NCBI GenBank assembly: GCA_016704485.1 | Contig: JADJAA010000001.1 | Location: 1,554,824 to 1,618,823 of the forward strand | Direction: 5' to 3' | Source: Flavobacteriales bacterium | GTDB lineage: Bacteria; Bacteroidota; Bacteroidia; Flavobacteriales_F; PHOS-HE28 | Length of the DNA stretch: 64,000 bases | Shown: in pieces, positions 17,621 through 27,017 of the stretch | Position numbering within the stretch: the first letter of the stretch is position 1 | Layout: every line of letters begins with the position of its first letter | The notes under the pieces: generated by a model | Told to the model about the DNA's origin: nothing | The model's database searches: none | What the model saw: only the letters and a program-made list of their open reading frames with translations | Position numbers and translations under genes: made by a program

Positions 17621-20600
17621 TCAAGCACTGCGCTCACCCGGCTGTGCGTTCCCTTGCACCCACTCCACTACCGAGATGATCTTATCCTGATCATTCTCAT
17701 TCGGGAATAGGCCGAAGATCCCTTCTTGGTGTAGGTCCGTGAACGTTGAACCCGGCTCTGCGAGCATGCGTTTGTCGATCACGCCGTTCACCGTGAGGTG
17801 CCGAATGATGGAATCGATGAAGTGGATCTGCGTAGCACTGAAGATGGAGCCGGACAAGAATTCGCCGAAGGCTGCTTTTGCTGCGCCTTCATCAAGGCCG
17901 ATGATGCTGCGAATGAAATAGCCTAGTGGCCGTTCCTCGCCAAGTTCCTTCATCAAAGCCTCCTTCGTGCCGCGTTCGTCTCCATCGAACAGGATGCGTT
18001 CCAGTTCCACTAGCTCAGCGGTCGTGATCGGCTCATTGGTGTATAGTTTGTGAATGGTAAGCTGGTGTTTGTGCGAGCGGATGAACTCCTCTACACGCAT
18101 CCGATAGCTACGCATGGTGTAGCTACCTGGCATGGAGATGATATCCTCACCCTCGCTCACCAACTCATCTCTCAGGTCCGAGTATACCACTTTGCGTTCC
18201 TCGCGCGGTATCAAGCGCACTAGATCGCGCAATTGTTTTCGTGTGAATTCCAAGGCTTCCAGACCGAACACAGCGGCTCGTTGTTGTTGATCATTTGCGA
18301 CATCAAGAACTGCTTTGATCGCTGGATACCGCTCCTGCACTACGGGAATGTTGGAGAGCCGGGCAAGCTGTGTGGCGGTTGAGGCCAACGTGCGGAACAG
18401 GCGATCTACTGACGGCGCCTCTTGGGCCACAGCAATTTCCAGATCGAGCATAAGTAGGTCAAATCGTTTGGCCAGCTCGTCCTTGTCCGGTAGTTCGATC
18501 AAGTGACCAACGGTCTCGAACAGATCACTGATCCCGCTTTTTGATAACGCATTCCATGCGGTACGTTCACGGTAGTGATCGAGCACACGTTGCGCAGGAC
18601 GAATGCGCACGGTGTGCCGCAATTCCCAAAGTGCCTGGACCCAACTATGCGCACTATTCAAAAGCTCAACGCGTAGTGCTTGATCTTTTGGTACCTGATG
18701 GGCTGGTTCACGCAGTTGTTCACTAAGTAGGATAGTTGCTTCAAAGATCCGTTGCGATAGGCTGGGGGAGCGCACAGGTTCAATGCCTTCCGGCCGCAGG
18801 TTGAAGAAGCTGTAGTTGCCACAGAGATCGAAGATCCTGAAGTTCTCCTTGTGCTGGCCGGGACCGAACAGATCCGGGCATAAGCGTGTGCCGCGGCCAA
18901 CCATTTGCCAGAACTTGGACTTGCTATAGACCGGTTTAAAGAACACCAAGTTCACGATCTCAGGAATATCAATACCCGTATCCAACATATCCACACTCAC
19001 GGCGATCTGTGGATACCGGTCCTTATCACTGAAATTATCTATGATGCTCTGGGAGTATTGCTCCTTACTGTGTACCACCGACATGAAATGCCCACCGTAC
19101 TGCGGGAACTGATCTTCAAAACGGTTCTGTATGGCCCGGGCATGGTCTATGTTCCTTGCAAAGACAACGGTCTTGCCCAGCTTCTCACCACCTTCCACTT
19201 TGATCCCGTTCTCCATCACATAGGCCAACACCTGATCGATGGTGTTCGAGTTGAAGAGCCAGTTATTGATCGCGGGCGCTCCGATCTCTTCGGGTATATT
19301 CCCTTGGTCGTCCCGGAAGGTCTCTTCGTAATGTGTCCTATCGCTCTCACTCAGGTCATCGTAGCGGATACCGCGTTGCAGAAAGCCGAAGTCCACTGCT
19401 TTGCCAATGGGCGGCACCAGAAAACGATCGGCTACGGCCTGCCCTAATTCATAGAACGATGTCGGGTTATGCTCTTCGCAATCGAACAAGGCATAGGTAT
19501 CCCGATCCCCTTGGTCGTGTGGTGTTGCAGTAAGGCCGACCAACAAGGAATCGAAATAGGTGAAAATAGCACCGTACCGATCGTACACTGAGCGATGCGC
19601 CTCATCCACAATGATCAGATCGAAGTGACCGACACCGAAGGTCTTCACATCATCACTCCGCACTTGGTCCACGCGGTTCATTACCGTGGGGTAGGTGCTG
19701 AAGACCACCCGTGCGCTTTCATCATAGCGCTGTTTGGTGAGATCCAATGTGGTAACATTCGGCAGGTTCTTCTCAAAGGCCCGTTTTGCCTGTGTGACCA
19801 AGGCATTGCGATCAGCGAGAAAGAGCACACGCTTCGCCCAATTCGCTTTCAGTAGAAGGTCCACTAACGCGGCAACGGTACGCGTCTTGCCAGCCCCAGT
19901 GGCCATTACGATCAATGCTTTTCGCTTAAGACCGCGCATGCCATCTTCATCCACCCAACTTTCTGCAACCCGCTTGATCGCTTGATGTTGGTAATAGCGT
20001 TCCACGATCTGCTCATCGATCGGCACATGCCGAATGTTCACACGACCGATACGCCGATCAACGACCCGTTGCAATTCGTCCCGCGTGTAAATGCCCTGTA
20101 CAGCGCGTGGACCATAAAAGGTGTCATCCCAGATCCACGTATCGAAACCGTTGCTATAGAATATCACCGGGCGCTGTCCGGTCATGCGTTCCAGGCAATC
20201 AGCGTAAAGGCTTGCTTGCACACGGCCTTGTTGGGCATCGTGGGTGGTGCGCTTGGCCTCTACTACGGCCAGCGGTTTACCATCTGCACCCCAGAGCACG
20301 TAATCTACCTTGCCGTTGCCGTTGGGATTGGTGCTCAATGGCATCCCTGTTACCGGGTATTCGATCACGTTGGATGCGGCAGGGTCCCAGCCTGCTTCGC
20401 GCAACAGTTCATCAATGAAGAGTAACCGTGTATCCGCCTCCGAATATTCAGAAGCAGGTATGGGTATGTTCTCATGGCGCTCCTTGCGCTCCTGGATCGC
20501 TGCCAGGCGTTCTGCCAATATCTGCTTTTCTCCTTCTAATTTCAACCGTTGCTCGCGCTCGGTCTCCATCGCTACACGTTGCGCTTCATAACGCTCCTGT

Positions 20601-21079
20601 AACTGTTGAAGCTCCGCGCTGTTCGGAACTTCCTTCACTTTCACTTGTACTATGAGTGCCTCCTCTTGGAATGTTCCTACCTCGATGTCGAATGCGCTGT
20701 ACGTACGACCCATCCATTTCAAGAACCGGAACAAGAGGCGCAATGAGGCTACGCTCTGGCTCTCCACCACCTTCTTATCATGCGCAGCGGCATTGCCGGT
20801 ACGCCGGATGTACTGCAGGTCGATGTAGATGGGTGGTGGTATCAGTACCCGGAAGGACCGTTCATCCATCAACGCGCTCAACTGGCTGTTGTAAGGGCGC
20901 TGTAGGTCACTGTCGTTATCATACAGCCAGTGCACGGTACGTTCCAACGCACGGCGGGCATACACGGCAGAGGCGATCGGTGCGGCCAAGGCATACCGCT
21001 CCGCGTCCATGGCCTCCTTCGCAATGGAGGGCCACTCTTCAACGAGGAAGCGGAAGTTGCTCGGGGTGCTCAACGACAT
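17621..21079 (-). CDS. hsdR: Type I restriction enzyme R subunit (EcoEI/COG4096-like, with EcoEI_R_C C-terminal domain)
   Basis: 1152 aa. The N-terminus is SNFRFLVEEWPSIAKEA. The PD-(D/E)XK nuclease motif is GKVDYVLWGADGKPLAVVEAKRT. The SF2 helicase motifs are VMATGAGKTRT and LIIVDEAHRS. A long C-terminal helical domain is present. Confidence 0.8.
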   Translation of the reverse strand: MSLSTPSNFRFLVEEWPSIAKEAMDAERYALAAPIASAVYARRALERTVHWLYDNDSDLQRPYNSQLSALMDERSFRVLIPPPIYIDLQYIRRTGNAAAHDKKVVESQSVASLRLLFRFLKWMGRTYSAFDIEVGTFQEEALIVQVKVKEVPNSAELQQLQERYEAQRVAMETEREQRLKLEGEKQILAERLAAIQERKERHENIPIPASEYSEADTRLLFIDELLREAGWDPAASNVIEYPVTGMPLSTNPNGNGKVDYVLWGADGKPLAVVEAKRTTHDAQQGRVQASLYADCLERMTGQRPVIFYSNGFDTWIWDDTFYGPRAVQGIYTRDELQRVVDRRIGRVNIRHVPIDEQIVERYYQHQAIKRVAESWVDEDGMRGLKRKALIVMATGAGKTRTVAALVDLLLKANWAKRVLFLADRNALVTQAKRAFEKNLPNVTTLDLTKQRYDESARVVFSTYPTVMNRVDQVRSDDVKTFGVGHFDLIIVDEAHRSVYDRYGAIFTYFDSLLVGLTATPHDQGDRDTYALFDCEEHNPTSFYELGQAVADRFLVPPIGKAVDFGFLQRGIRYDDLSESDRTHYEETFRDDQGNIPEEIGAPAINNWLFNSNTIDQVLAYVMENGIKVEGGEKLGKTVVFARNIDHARAIQNRFEDQFPQYGGHFMSVVHSKEQYSQSIIDNFSDKDRYPQIAVSVDMLDTGIDIPEIVNLVFFKPVYSKSKFWQMVGRGTRLCPDLFGPGQHKENFRIFDLCGNYSFFNLRPEGIEPVRSPSLSQRIFEATILLSEQLREPAHQVPKDQALRVELLNSAHSWVQALWELRHTVRIRPAQRVLDHYRERTAWNALSKSGISDLFETVGHLIELPDKDELAKRFDLLMLDLEIAVAQEAPSVDRLFRTLASTATQLARLSNIPVVQERYPAIKAVLDVANDQQQRAAVFGLEALEFTRKQLRDLVRLIPREERKVVYSDLRDELVSEGEDIISMPGSYTMRSYRMRVEEFIRSHKHQLTIHKLYTNEPITTAELVELERILFDGDERGTKEALMKELGEERPLGYFIRSIIGLDEGAAKAAFGEFLSGSIFSATQIHFIDSIIRHLTVNGVIDKRMLAEPGSTFTDLHQEGIFGLFPNENDQDKIISVVEWVQGNAQPGERSA

Positions 21080-21301
21080 GGAGGCGCAATTGACGATATT
21101 CTAAGCACTTGTACAATTACAAGATGCGAATAAGTCGAGCCTATGATGTGCGGCTTGTGATGGTAACTGCCGCGTGTGGCCCTTTACGGCTCTAAAATAC
21201 ATGTGGATACTTCAGAACCGGTCTTCTTGCTGCTAAGAGAATGCTAATTCCTCTGAAGCACTACATTGCGGACATGTGCACCCACACACGCCTGCTATTA
21301 G

Positions 21302-22063
21302 TTGCGATCGCCATTTTTGGTCGTAGGGCTATGCACGGCGCAACAAGATGGACCAACCGAGGAGGAGCAGCCAACAATTATCACGGCGGAACAACTGCAG
21401 GACTTTAATTCGGTAGTGCCCGGCATGGGTCGACAGATCCCGGGAATATACTTGTCCAACTACGGGCTTCTGTGTTACCACTTTGGGGATGATGGCACAT
21501 TCGCATCGCGCGACTTGAATGATTCCGGTTGGGTCGCAGCCGGTTCATGGTATGCGCCCATCACGTTGCCAAAGGAACAATTGGACACTGCGCAAGCCCT
21601 GTGGGTGCGGTACCATCTTCTCTGCGACAGTTCCCTGCGCGGTAGCCCATTGACACTAAGTTTGGGATCCATTGCCGGTATTGAGATCTTTTTGAACGGC
21701 CATCGGTTGGTGCACGTCCGGGAATTGCCGCCGGTTGTTCATGATCTTGATCAACCAATTTGGGACACGCTGCGGCGCTTTACCCTACCGATCACATTCG
21801 CGTGCCAAGGCGAACCAGAAGTGCTCGCTATTCGGATAGATCCGGCAAGGAATGGAATTCCCTACCCCACTTTGCACTATACGAACTTCGCCTACAACGT
21901 ACAGCTGTCCGCGATGCACTATGGTGTCTTCATCGGGGTCAACGCCATCATCTTTTGCTCGCCTTGGTCCTCTGGTCTTTGGACCGGAATGATAAGCAGT
22001 GGTGGCTACTGGCCCTGCTGGCCTTCGTTACAGGATCAGGGTATGCGCCAAGTTGACCAGTGA
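21302..22063 (+). CDS. 7TMR-DISM extracellular (DISMED2-like) sensor domain; probably the N-terminal part of a single frameshifted gene with 21999..23375
   Basis: 253-aa ORF ending in a first TM-like segment HYGVFIGVNAIIF. The downstream ORF, in another frame, supplies 6 further TM helices. That gives 7 in total, as in 7TMR-DISM receptors. Confidence 0.5.
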   Translation: MRSPFLVVGLCTAQQDGPTEEEQPTIITAEQLQDFNSVVPGMGRQIPGIYLSNYGLLCYHFGDDGTFASRDLNDSGWVAAGSWYAPITLPKEQLDTAQALWVRYHLLCDSSLRGSPLTLSLGSIAGIEIFLNGHRLVHVRELPPVVHDLDQPIWDTLRRFTLPITFACQGEPEVLAIRIDPARNGIPYPTLHYTNFAYNVQLSAMHYGVFIGVNAIIFCSPWSSGLWTGMISSGGYWPCWPSLQDQGMRQVDQ

Positions 22064-23375
22064 GATGGGCTTGTTGGGTTTGCCGTGGCCCACCATCCAG
22101 GTCATTGGCATTATTGACAAGATCCTCCTTCTATGGCCTATGTATGTGCTTATCATGGTCTTGTGGCGCATGCTAGGTGGGTTATCAAGTCGGCGCGCCT
22201 TTTGGCTCACCTTCGGTGTCTTGTTCGTTTCGGCAACCAGCGCTGGCCGCTTGTACTTTTTCGGGAAGATCTCCTGGTCATTTTCGGAGATCACGGGGGA
22301 ATACAGCATAGATGCAGGTTTGTCCGATGATCAGTGGCCACTTTTGGTCGCACTGGTGGTTGGTGCGGTACTGCGCTATTCCATAGCGCTCTGGTTCGCG
22401 ATCGAATTGATCCGACTTGGCATTCGCCTGGTGCGTAAGAAGGGTTTCGGACGTTGGATCGGGGCAGGGGCGCTTGTGTCCAGTCTGTTGAGTTTCCTCT
22501 TGACGTGCTTCGGCCTGGTCACTGAAATACCATCTACGACATGGCTCACACTTTCCGATTATCTCGCCTATGTTGCTGTGCCGGTTTCAGTCGTCATTTA
22601 TCTGGCCGTCACTGCCGCTCAAAACAACAAGCTGGTAGCGCGTCAACGGGATGATCTTGATCGCGAGGTGGACGACCGTACCGCCGAACTTGTAGCGGAG
22701 AAACAAGCGGTGTTGCGCGAGAAAGAACGCAGCGATGAACTACTCCTCAACATCCTGCCATCCGAAGTGGCGGAAGAACTAAAAGCCAACGGTTCGGCAA
22801 AGGCGCGGGACTTCGATCCCGCCACCATCCTGTTCACCGACTTCAAAGGCTTCACGGAGCTATCCGTGCAATTAAGTGCTCAGGATCTGGTGGCCGAGAT
22901 CAATACGTGTTTCGAGGCGTTCGATGGGATAATTTCCCGGTACGGTGTGGAGAAGATCAAGACCATTGGCGATGCTTACATGGCGGCAGGTGGCGTGCCT
23001 GATCCTCTGCGCGGATCACCGGCAGGTGTTGTAGAGGCCGCGTTGGAGATGCAGGAATTCATGGTCAGGTACAAAGCGCAACGAACAGCCTTGAACAAAC
23101 CGGCCTTCGAGATGCGTCTCGGTGTTCACACCGGCCCAGTGGTGGCGGGCATCGTGGGTGTGAAGAAGTTCCAGTACGATATCTGGGGCGACACCGTGAA
23201 CACGGCCAGCCGCATGGAGAGCAATAGCGAAGTGGGCCAAGTAAACATCTCGCAGAGCACCTATGAACTGGTGAAGAACGTGCCGGGACTTGCCTTCACA
23301 TCGCGAGGCAAAATACCAGTGAAAGGGAAAGGAGAGCTGGAAATGTACTTCGTAAAGAGAGGGCCGGTCGCATAG
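21999..23375 (+). CDS. 7TMR-DISM_7TM membrane domain + class III adenylate/guanylate cyclase catalytic domain
   Basis: There are six hydrophobic helices, followed by a coiled-coil and the cyclase core FTDFKGFTELS...KTIGDAYMAAGG...GVHTGPVVAGIVG...WGDTVNTASRMES. Confidence 0.75.
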   Translation: MVATGPAGLRYRIRVCAKLTSEMGLLGLPWPTIQVIGIIDKILLLWPMYVLIMVLWRMLGGLSSRRAFWLTFGVLFVSATSAGRLYFFGKISWSFSEITGEYSIDAGLSDDQWPLLVALVVGAVLRYSIALWFAIELIRLGIRLVRKKGFGRWIGAGALVSSLLSFLLTCFGLVTEIPSTTWLTLSDYLAYVAVPVSVVIYLAVTAAQNNKLVARQRDDLDREVDDRTAELVAEKQAVLREKERSDELLLNILPSEVAEELKANGSAKARDFDPATILFTDFKGFTELSVQLSAQDLVAEINTCFEAFDGIISRYGVEKIKTIGDAYMAAGGVPDPLRGSPAGVVEAALEMQEFMVRYKAQRTALNKPAFEMRLGVHTGPVVAGIVGVKKFQYDIWGDTVNTASRMESNSEVGQVNISQSTYELVKNVPGLAFTSRGKIPVKGKGELEMYFVKRGPVA

Positions 23376-23382
23376 CCATTTC

Positions 23383-23470
23383 CGATCCCTACTCCCCCCA
23401 AAACGCCCCCTGCAGCAAAAGCCCGAACAAGTCCTCGCTCCGGCGTAGGTTCGCAGTGGAACACCGGTAG
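23383..23470. repeat. Direct repeat copy 1 (~60-80 bp, ~80% identical to copy 2 at 24305..24395) flanking the 23477..24274 gene
   Basis: CCCCCCAAAACGCCCCCTGCAGCAAAAGCCCGAACAAGTCCTCGCTCCGGCGTAGG here versus CCCCCCGGAACGCCCCCTGCAACAAACTCCCGAACAAGCCCTCGCTCTGGTGTAAG at 24319. Confidence 0.6.
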
Positions 23471-23476
23471 TGCTGT

Positions 23477-24274
23477 CTATCCACTCCACTTCACGATATC
23501 CGCCACTACCGTCTTGTAGCTCAAGCCACGCAGCCGTTTCACCACCACGATGCGGGTATCTCCGTACTGCTCTGCGCGTTCGACCGACGAGTCAGTTGGT
23601 CTACTTTCCTTGATCCCCAGCCCCGTGCGAAAATGCGACCACCACGTATCGTTGGTGAGCACCACACAGAGTTTCGGCTGTAATTCCTCCAGTTCCATGC
23701 GCACCAGATCCACGCATTCGGGTCGTTGCAGGATGCGCTCGTCCACATCCGGATTGGCCACTTCGCCACGGTTCTGCGGTGCGATCTTGTAGAGGTTGGA
23801 CCATACCAGTTGACGGTTCCATTCCCACGCGTCCTCATTTGTGATGCCGTGCCGAACCTGCATCAGCTTGACCGTGGCCTGCCAGAAGAACGATGACCAA
23901 GCGCGGTAGTTCTTCTCCCGTTCGGTATACCAGGCTTGTTCTTCCGGGCTACACTTGTTCAAGGTAGTGTTCGTCCACAACACGTTCACCCAATCCAACG
24001 GGGAGTGGTCTTTGAAGGGTTCGTTGGAGTAGCGCTTGCTCTCTTCTATGCGGCCCCTCGGTACTGCCTTCGTGAAGTCCCACTCCGGGTGCCAACCACC
24101 CACGGCCTGGCCGTAGACCAGCACATCAACCGGTTCATTCGTTCGCGTACCGATGCTCGGATAGAAGTCTGTGAAGTGGGTGCGTTGCGGAAAGGTGCGC
24201 GCCAGTCGACGTTGAAAGGCTTCCAAGTGTTGCTGGTAGGCGGCGTTATAGGTTGGTGAGAGGGTGCGATACAT
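23477..24274 (-). CDS. Hypothetical protein (cassette-like gene flanked by direct repeats, between hsdS and the cyclase gene)
   Basis: ORF 23477..24451(-). The first 59 codons read through repeat copy 2 and look non-coding (Arg/Gly/Ser-rich). Probable start MYRTLSPTYNAAYQQHLEAF at 24274. No family recognised. Confidence 0.5.
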   Translation of the reverse strand: MYRTLSPTYNAAYQQHLEAFQRRLARTFPQRTHFTDFYPSIGTRTNEPVDVLVYGQAVGGWHPEWDFTKAVPRGRIEESKRYSNEPFKDHSPLDWVNVLWTNTTLNKCSPEEQAWYTEREKNYRAWSSFFWQATVKLMQVRHGITNEDAWEWNRQLVWSNLYKIAPQNRGEVANPDVDERILQRPECVDLVRMELEELQPKLCVVLTNDTWWSHFRTGLGIKESRPTDSSVERAEQYGDTRIVVVKRLRGLSYKTVVADIVKWSG

Positions 24275-24302
24275 TATGTCCGTGCTGCGTGATCCTCTTC
24301 CG

Positions 24303-25448
24303 TTAGTTCCCCAACTCCCCCCGGAACGCCCCCTGCAACAAACTCCCGAACAAGCCCTCGCTCTGGTGTAAGCTTGCTGCAATGCAGGTGCGCTGCTTTT
24401 GGATGTTATGGAGTAATGTTCCGAACCGTTCCTGCGCTTTGAGTGGAACAAGTGGAATACGCATTCTTCGGATCTCTTCTGTTGTGATATTCTTGAAGAT
24501 GGCTCCCACCGACTTATCGCTGACCCCTACGGCGAGCATATTCAGATAATGGTAAATGAACCTCAGGTCAAAGCCTTTGTCAAAGTCACGAAATCCTGCA
24601 AATCCATCGTGTATGCAACAGTCGACCATCAGGATCGCTGGCAGGCCTGGCTTCCCACTTACAGCCATCACCAAGTCACCACGTTTCATTGGACGACTGC
24701 GCTGTGAGCCTTCAATCGTGAGTGAATCGATCTGAGGTGTCACATACATCCCATCACGGGTCAAGTCTGCAACCATTAGGCGAGGCACGGGACCTCCAAA
24801 GTATCGCGCATCACCCTGTGGTCTTGGACTGCTCCCACGGACGACCTCACACAACGAACCCAAGTCTACAGTTTCCCACCCCCTCTCATTCCGCACCGGA
24901 TCCCCGAACAGCTCCAAGAACAGGCTCTTGGCAAGTTGGTCGTAAACCGCCAAGGTTCGCCGGTCGTTGGCCACCAGCGCCTGCGCCTTGTCCAAGATCG
25001 CCGCGATGCGACGCTGCGTGGGGAGGGCGGGCGGAGCAAAAGGTAAGCTGCGGATATCTTCTATCTTGAAGCCTTTCACCGTCGCTCCGTTTCCACGCGA
25101 AATGAAGTAATTCTCTTTCGCAAATAGAAAGTAATAGAGATAGGTCTGGTCAACCTTGCCATTTATAACAAGCGCCTTCAGATCCTGATTGAATGCCATC
25201 GGCACGTTCGTGATCGACATGCGCCCAAGAGCCATGCGTGTTGCAATCAATAACGTTCCGGCTGGAACTATCTGTGTCGCACAATTATCTACACCGCGTT
25301 CAGTGATCGACTCGTACGTCTCCGAAATATGCTTTGATGTAAGATCCTTCACCGTAGCCCATGGGACATCACCTTCCCAATAGCCCTCGATATCGCGATT
25401 AGGAGTACCACCACCAAGTATCTGGATATAATTGCCCAGCACGCTCAT
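24303..25448 (-). CDS. hsdS: Type I restriction-modification specificity subunit (two TRDs)
   Basis: 381 aa. Two target-recognition-domain halves are each followed by the conserved HsdS helix LPTQRRIAAILDKAQAL. Its start overlaps the hsdM stop by 4 nt (25445..25448). Confidence 0.8.
   Translation of the reverse strand: MSVLGNYIQILGGGTPNRDIEGYWEGDVPWATVKDLTSKHISETYESITERGVDNCATQIVPAGTLLIATRMALGRMSITNVPMAFNQDLKALVINGKVDQTYLYYFLFAKENYFISRGNGATVKGFKIEDIRSLPFAPPALPTQRRIAAILDKAQALVANDRRTLAVYDQLAKSLFLELFGDPVRNERGWETVDLGSLCEVVRGSSPRPQGDARYFGGPVPRLMVADLTRDGMYVTPQIDSLTIEGSQRSRPMKRGDLVMAVSGKPGLPAILMVDCCIHDGFAGFRDFDKGFDLRFIYHYLNMLAVGVSDKSVGAIFKNITTEEIRRMRIPLVPLKAQERFGTLLHNIQKQRTCIAASLHQSEGLFGSLLQGAFRGELGN
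24305..24395. repeat. Direct repeat copy 2 (partner of 23383..23470)
   Basis: See copy 1. It lies immediately downstream of the hsdS stop (24303) and upstream of the proposed start at 24274. Confidence 0.6.
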
Positions 25449-27004
25449 TTCAACAACGCCTCCAATTCGTCCAACAATTTCACACGGTCGGCGGCCAATT
25501 GGCGCAGGCCGGGTTCTCCCTTTTTGCCGTTGATCAGCTCGGCGGGCGTGGCATACTTCACTTGCTCGTACACCACCTCCTTGTAGCGGTTTATGCTGAG
25601 GTCCCAGTTGTTGGCCTTCAAGTCCGCAAAGGGCACCAGAAAGCTCTGGTCGGTTCGTGCACGTTTGCTTTCACCTTTCGCACCGAAGCGCGCTAGGATG
25701 TCGGCGATGTTGCTTTTCTCGTGCAGCGTTTTCGCTCCCTTGGTGGGCTCGGTGTATTGGAGTTCAAGCTGTTCTTCGGTGAGTTGCGGTGTGCGCTTAT
25801 CATCCAACGAGAAACCGTCGGCACGCATGTCGTAGAACCACACGTTGTCGGTACCGCCGCTATCGGTCTTGGTAAAGATCAGCACCGCGGTGCTCACCCC
25901 TGCATAGGGTTTGAATACGCCGCCGGGCATGCTGATCACCGCTTGCAATTGCTGGCGTTCGATCAGTTCCTGCCGCAGTTGCTTGTGCGCCTTGCTGCTG
26001 CCGAAGAGCACACCATCGGGCACGATCACAGCTGCGCGGCCACCTGTGCGGAGCATGCGCAGGATCAGACCTAGGAAGAGCAACTCGGTCTTCTTGCTGC
26101 TCACTGTGCGCAAGATCGCAGGGTCCACAGCGTCGTGGTCCAAGCTGCCTTTGAACGGCGGGTTCGCTAACACCAGCGAGAAGCGCTCACTGATGTGGCC
26201 TTGCTCTTTGCTAAGCGCATCCTGCCCGATCAGTTGCGGGTGCTCAATGCCGTGCAACATCATGTTCATGGCACCAATGCGCAACATGCTGGAGTCGAAC
26301 TCGACCCCGGTGAAGAGGTTGGTGTTGTAATGCTCGCGGAACTTCTTCTCGTGGAAGCTGTCCGGGTGCGTGCGCCGTATCTCTTCGCTTGCCGCCACCA
26401 AGAAACCGCACGTGCCGGCACTGGGATCGCAGATGGTATCGGTGGGTTGCGGAACCATCAGTTGCACCATCATGCGGATGATGTGGCGCGGTGTGCGGAA
26501 CTGGCCGTTGCGTCCTGCCGTAGCGATCTTGCCCAGCAGGTATTCATAGAGGTCGCCCTTGGTGTCGCGGTCGGCCATGTCCAGCGCGGCGATCATTTGC
26601 ACGGCGCGGTCCAGCAACCGCGCGGAGGGGATCATGAACGTAGCACCCTTCATGTGCTCACTGAACACGCTGCCCTCGCGCCCCATCTGCTTCATGAAAT
26701 CGAAGACCGTGAGGTTATCGTTCTTCGCATCAGGCCGCGTAAAGAGCGCGAACAATGTATCCGGGTCCTTGTCCTTGAAACTGCTCCACCGCAACGCCTT
26801 GTACTTGGGCGGGTAAATGGGATCCTTGATGGGCCCACCGAGCTTGGCGCTCTGCTTCTCTTTGGTGGTCTGGATCTCATCCATCCGGCGCAAAAAGAGC
26901 AAGTAGGTGATCTGTTCGATAACCGTGAGCGGATTGGCGATGCCGCCAGTCCAGAAGGCCTCCCAGAGGCGGTCGACGTCGGAGCGGAGTGTTCCGTTTA
27001 TCAT
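25445..27004 (-). CDS. hsdM: Type I restriction-modification N6-adenine DNA methyltransferase subunit
   Basis: 519 aa. It has the HsdM N-terminal domain, GQFRTPRHIIRMMVQL, motif I DPSAGTCGFL, motif IV LANPPFKG, and the C-terminus AAVIVPDGVLFGSS...AVISMPGGVF. Confidence 0.85.
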   Translation of the reverse strand: MINGTLRSDVDRLWEAFWTGGIANPLTVIEQITYLLFLRRMDEIQTTKEKQSAKLGGPIKDPIYPPKYKALRWSSFKDKDPDTLFALFTRPDAKNDNLTVFDFMKQMGREGSVFSEHMKGATFMIPSARLLDRAVQMIAALDMADRDTKGDLYEYLLGKIATAGRNGQFRTPRHIIRMMVQLMVPQPTDTICDPSAGTCGFLVAASEEIRRTHPDSFHEKKFREHYNTNLFTGVEFDSSMLRIGAMNMMLHGIEHPQLIGQDALSKEQGHISERFSLVLANPPFKGSLDHDAVDPAILRTVSSKKTELLFLGLILRMLRTGGRAAVIVPDGVLFGSSKAHKQLRQELIERQQLQAVISMPGGVFKPYAGVSTAVLIFTKTDSGGTDNVWFYDMRADGFSLDDKRTPQLTEEQLELQYTEPTKGAKTLHEKSNIADILARFGAKGESKRARTDQSFLVPFADLKANNWDLSINRYKEVVYEQVKYATPAELINGKKGEPGLRQLAADRVKLLDELEALLK

Positions 27005-27017
27005 GGGGTGAAGATGG

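Noticed and set aside
21080-21301. Looked for an obvious divergent promoter or LexA-type operator between hsdR and the cyclase gene
   Set aside because: No convincing palindromic operator or canonical -33/-7 pair could be asserted by eye. I left it unannotated.
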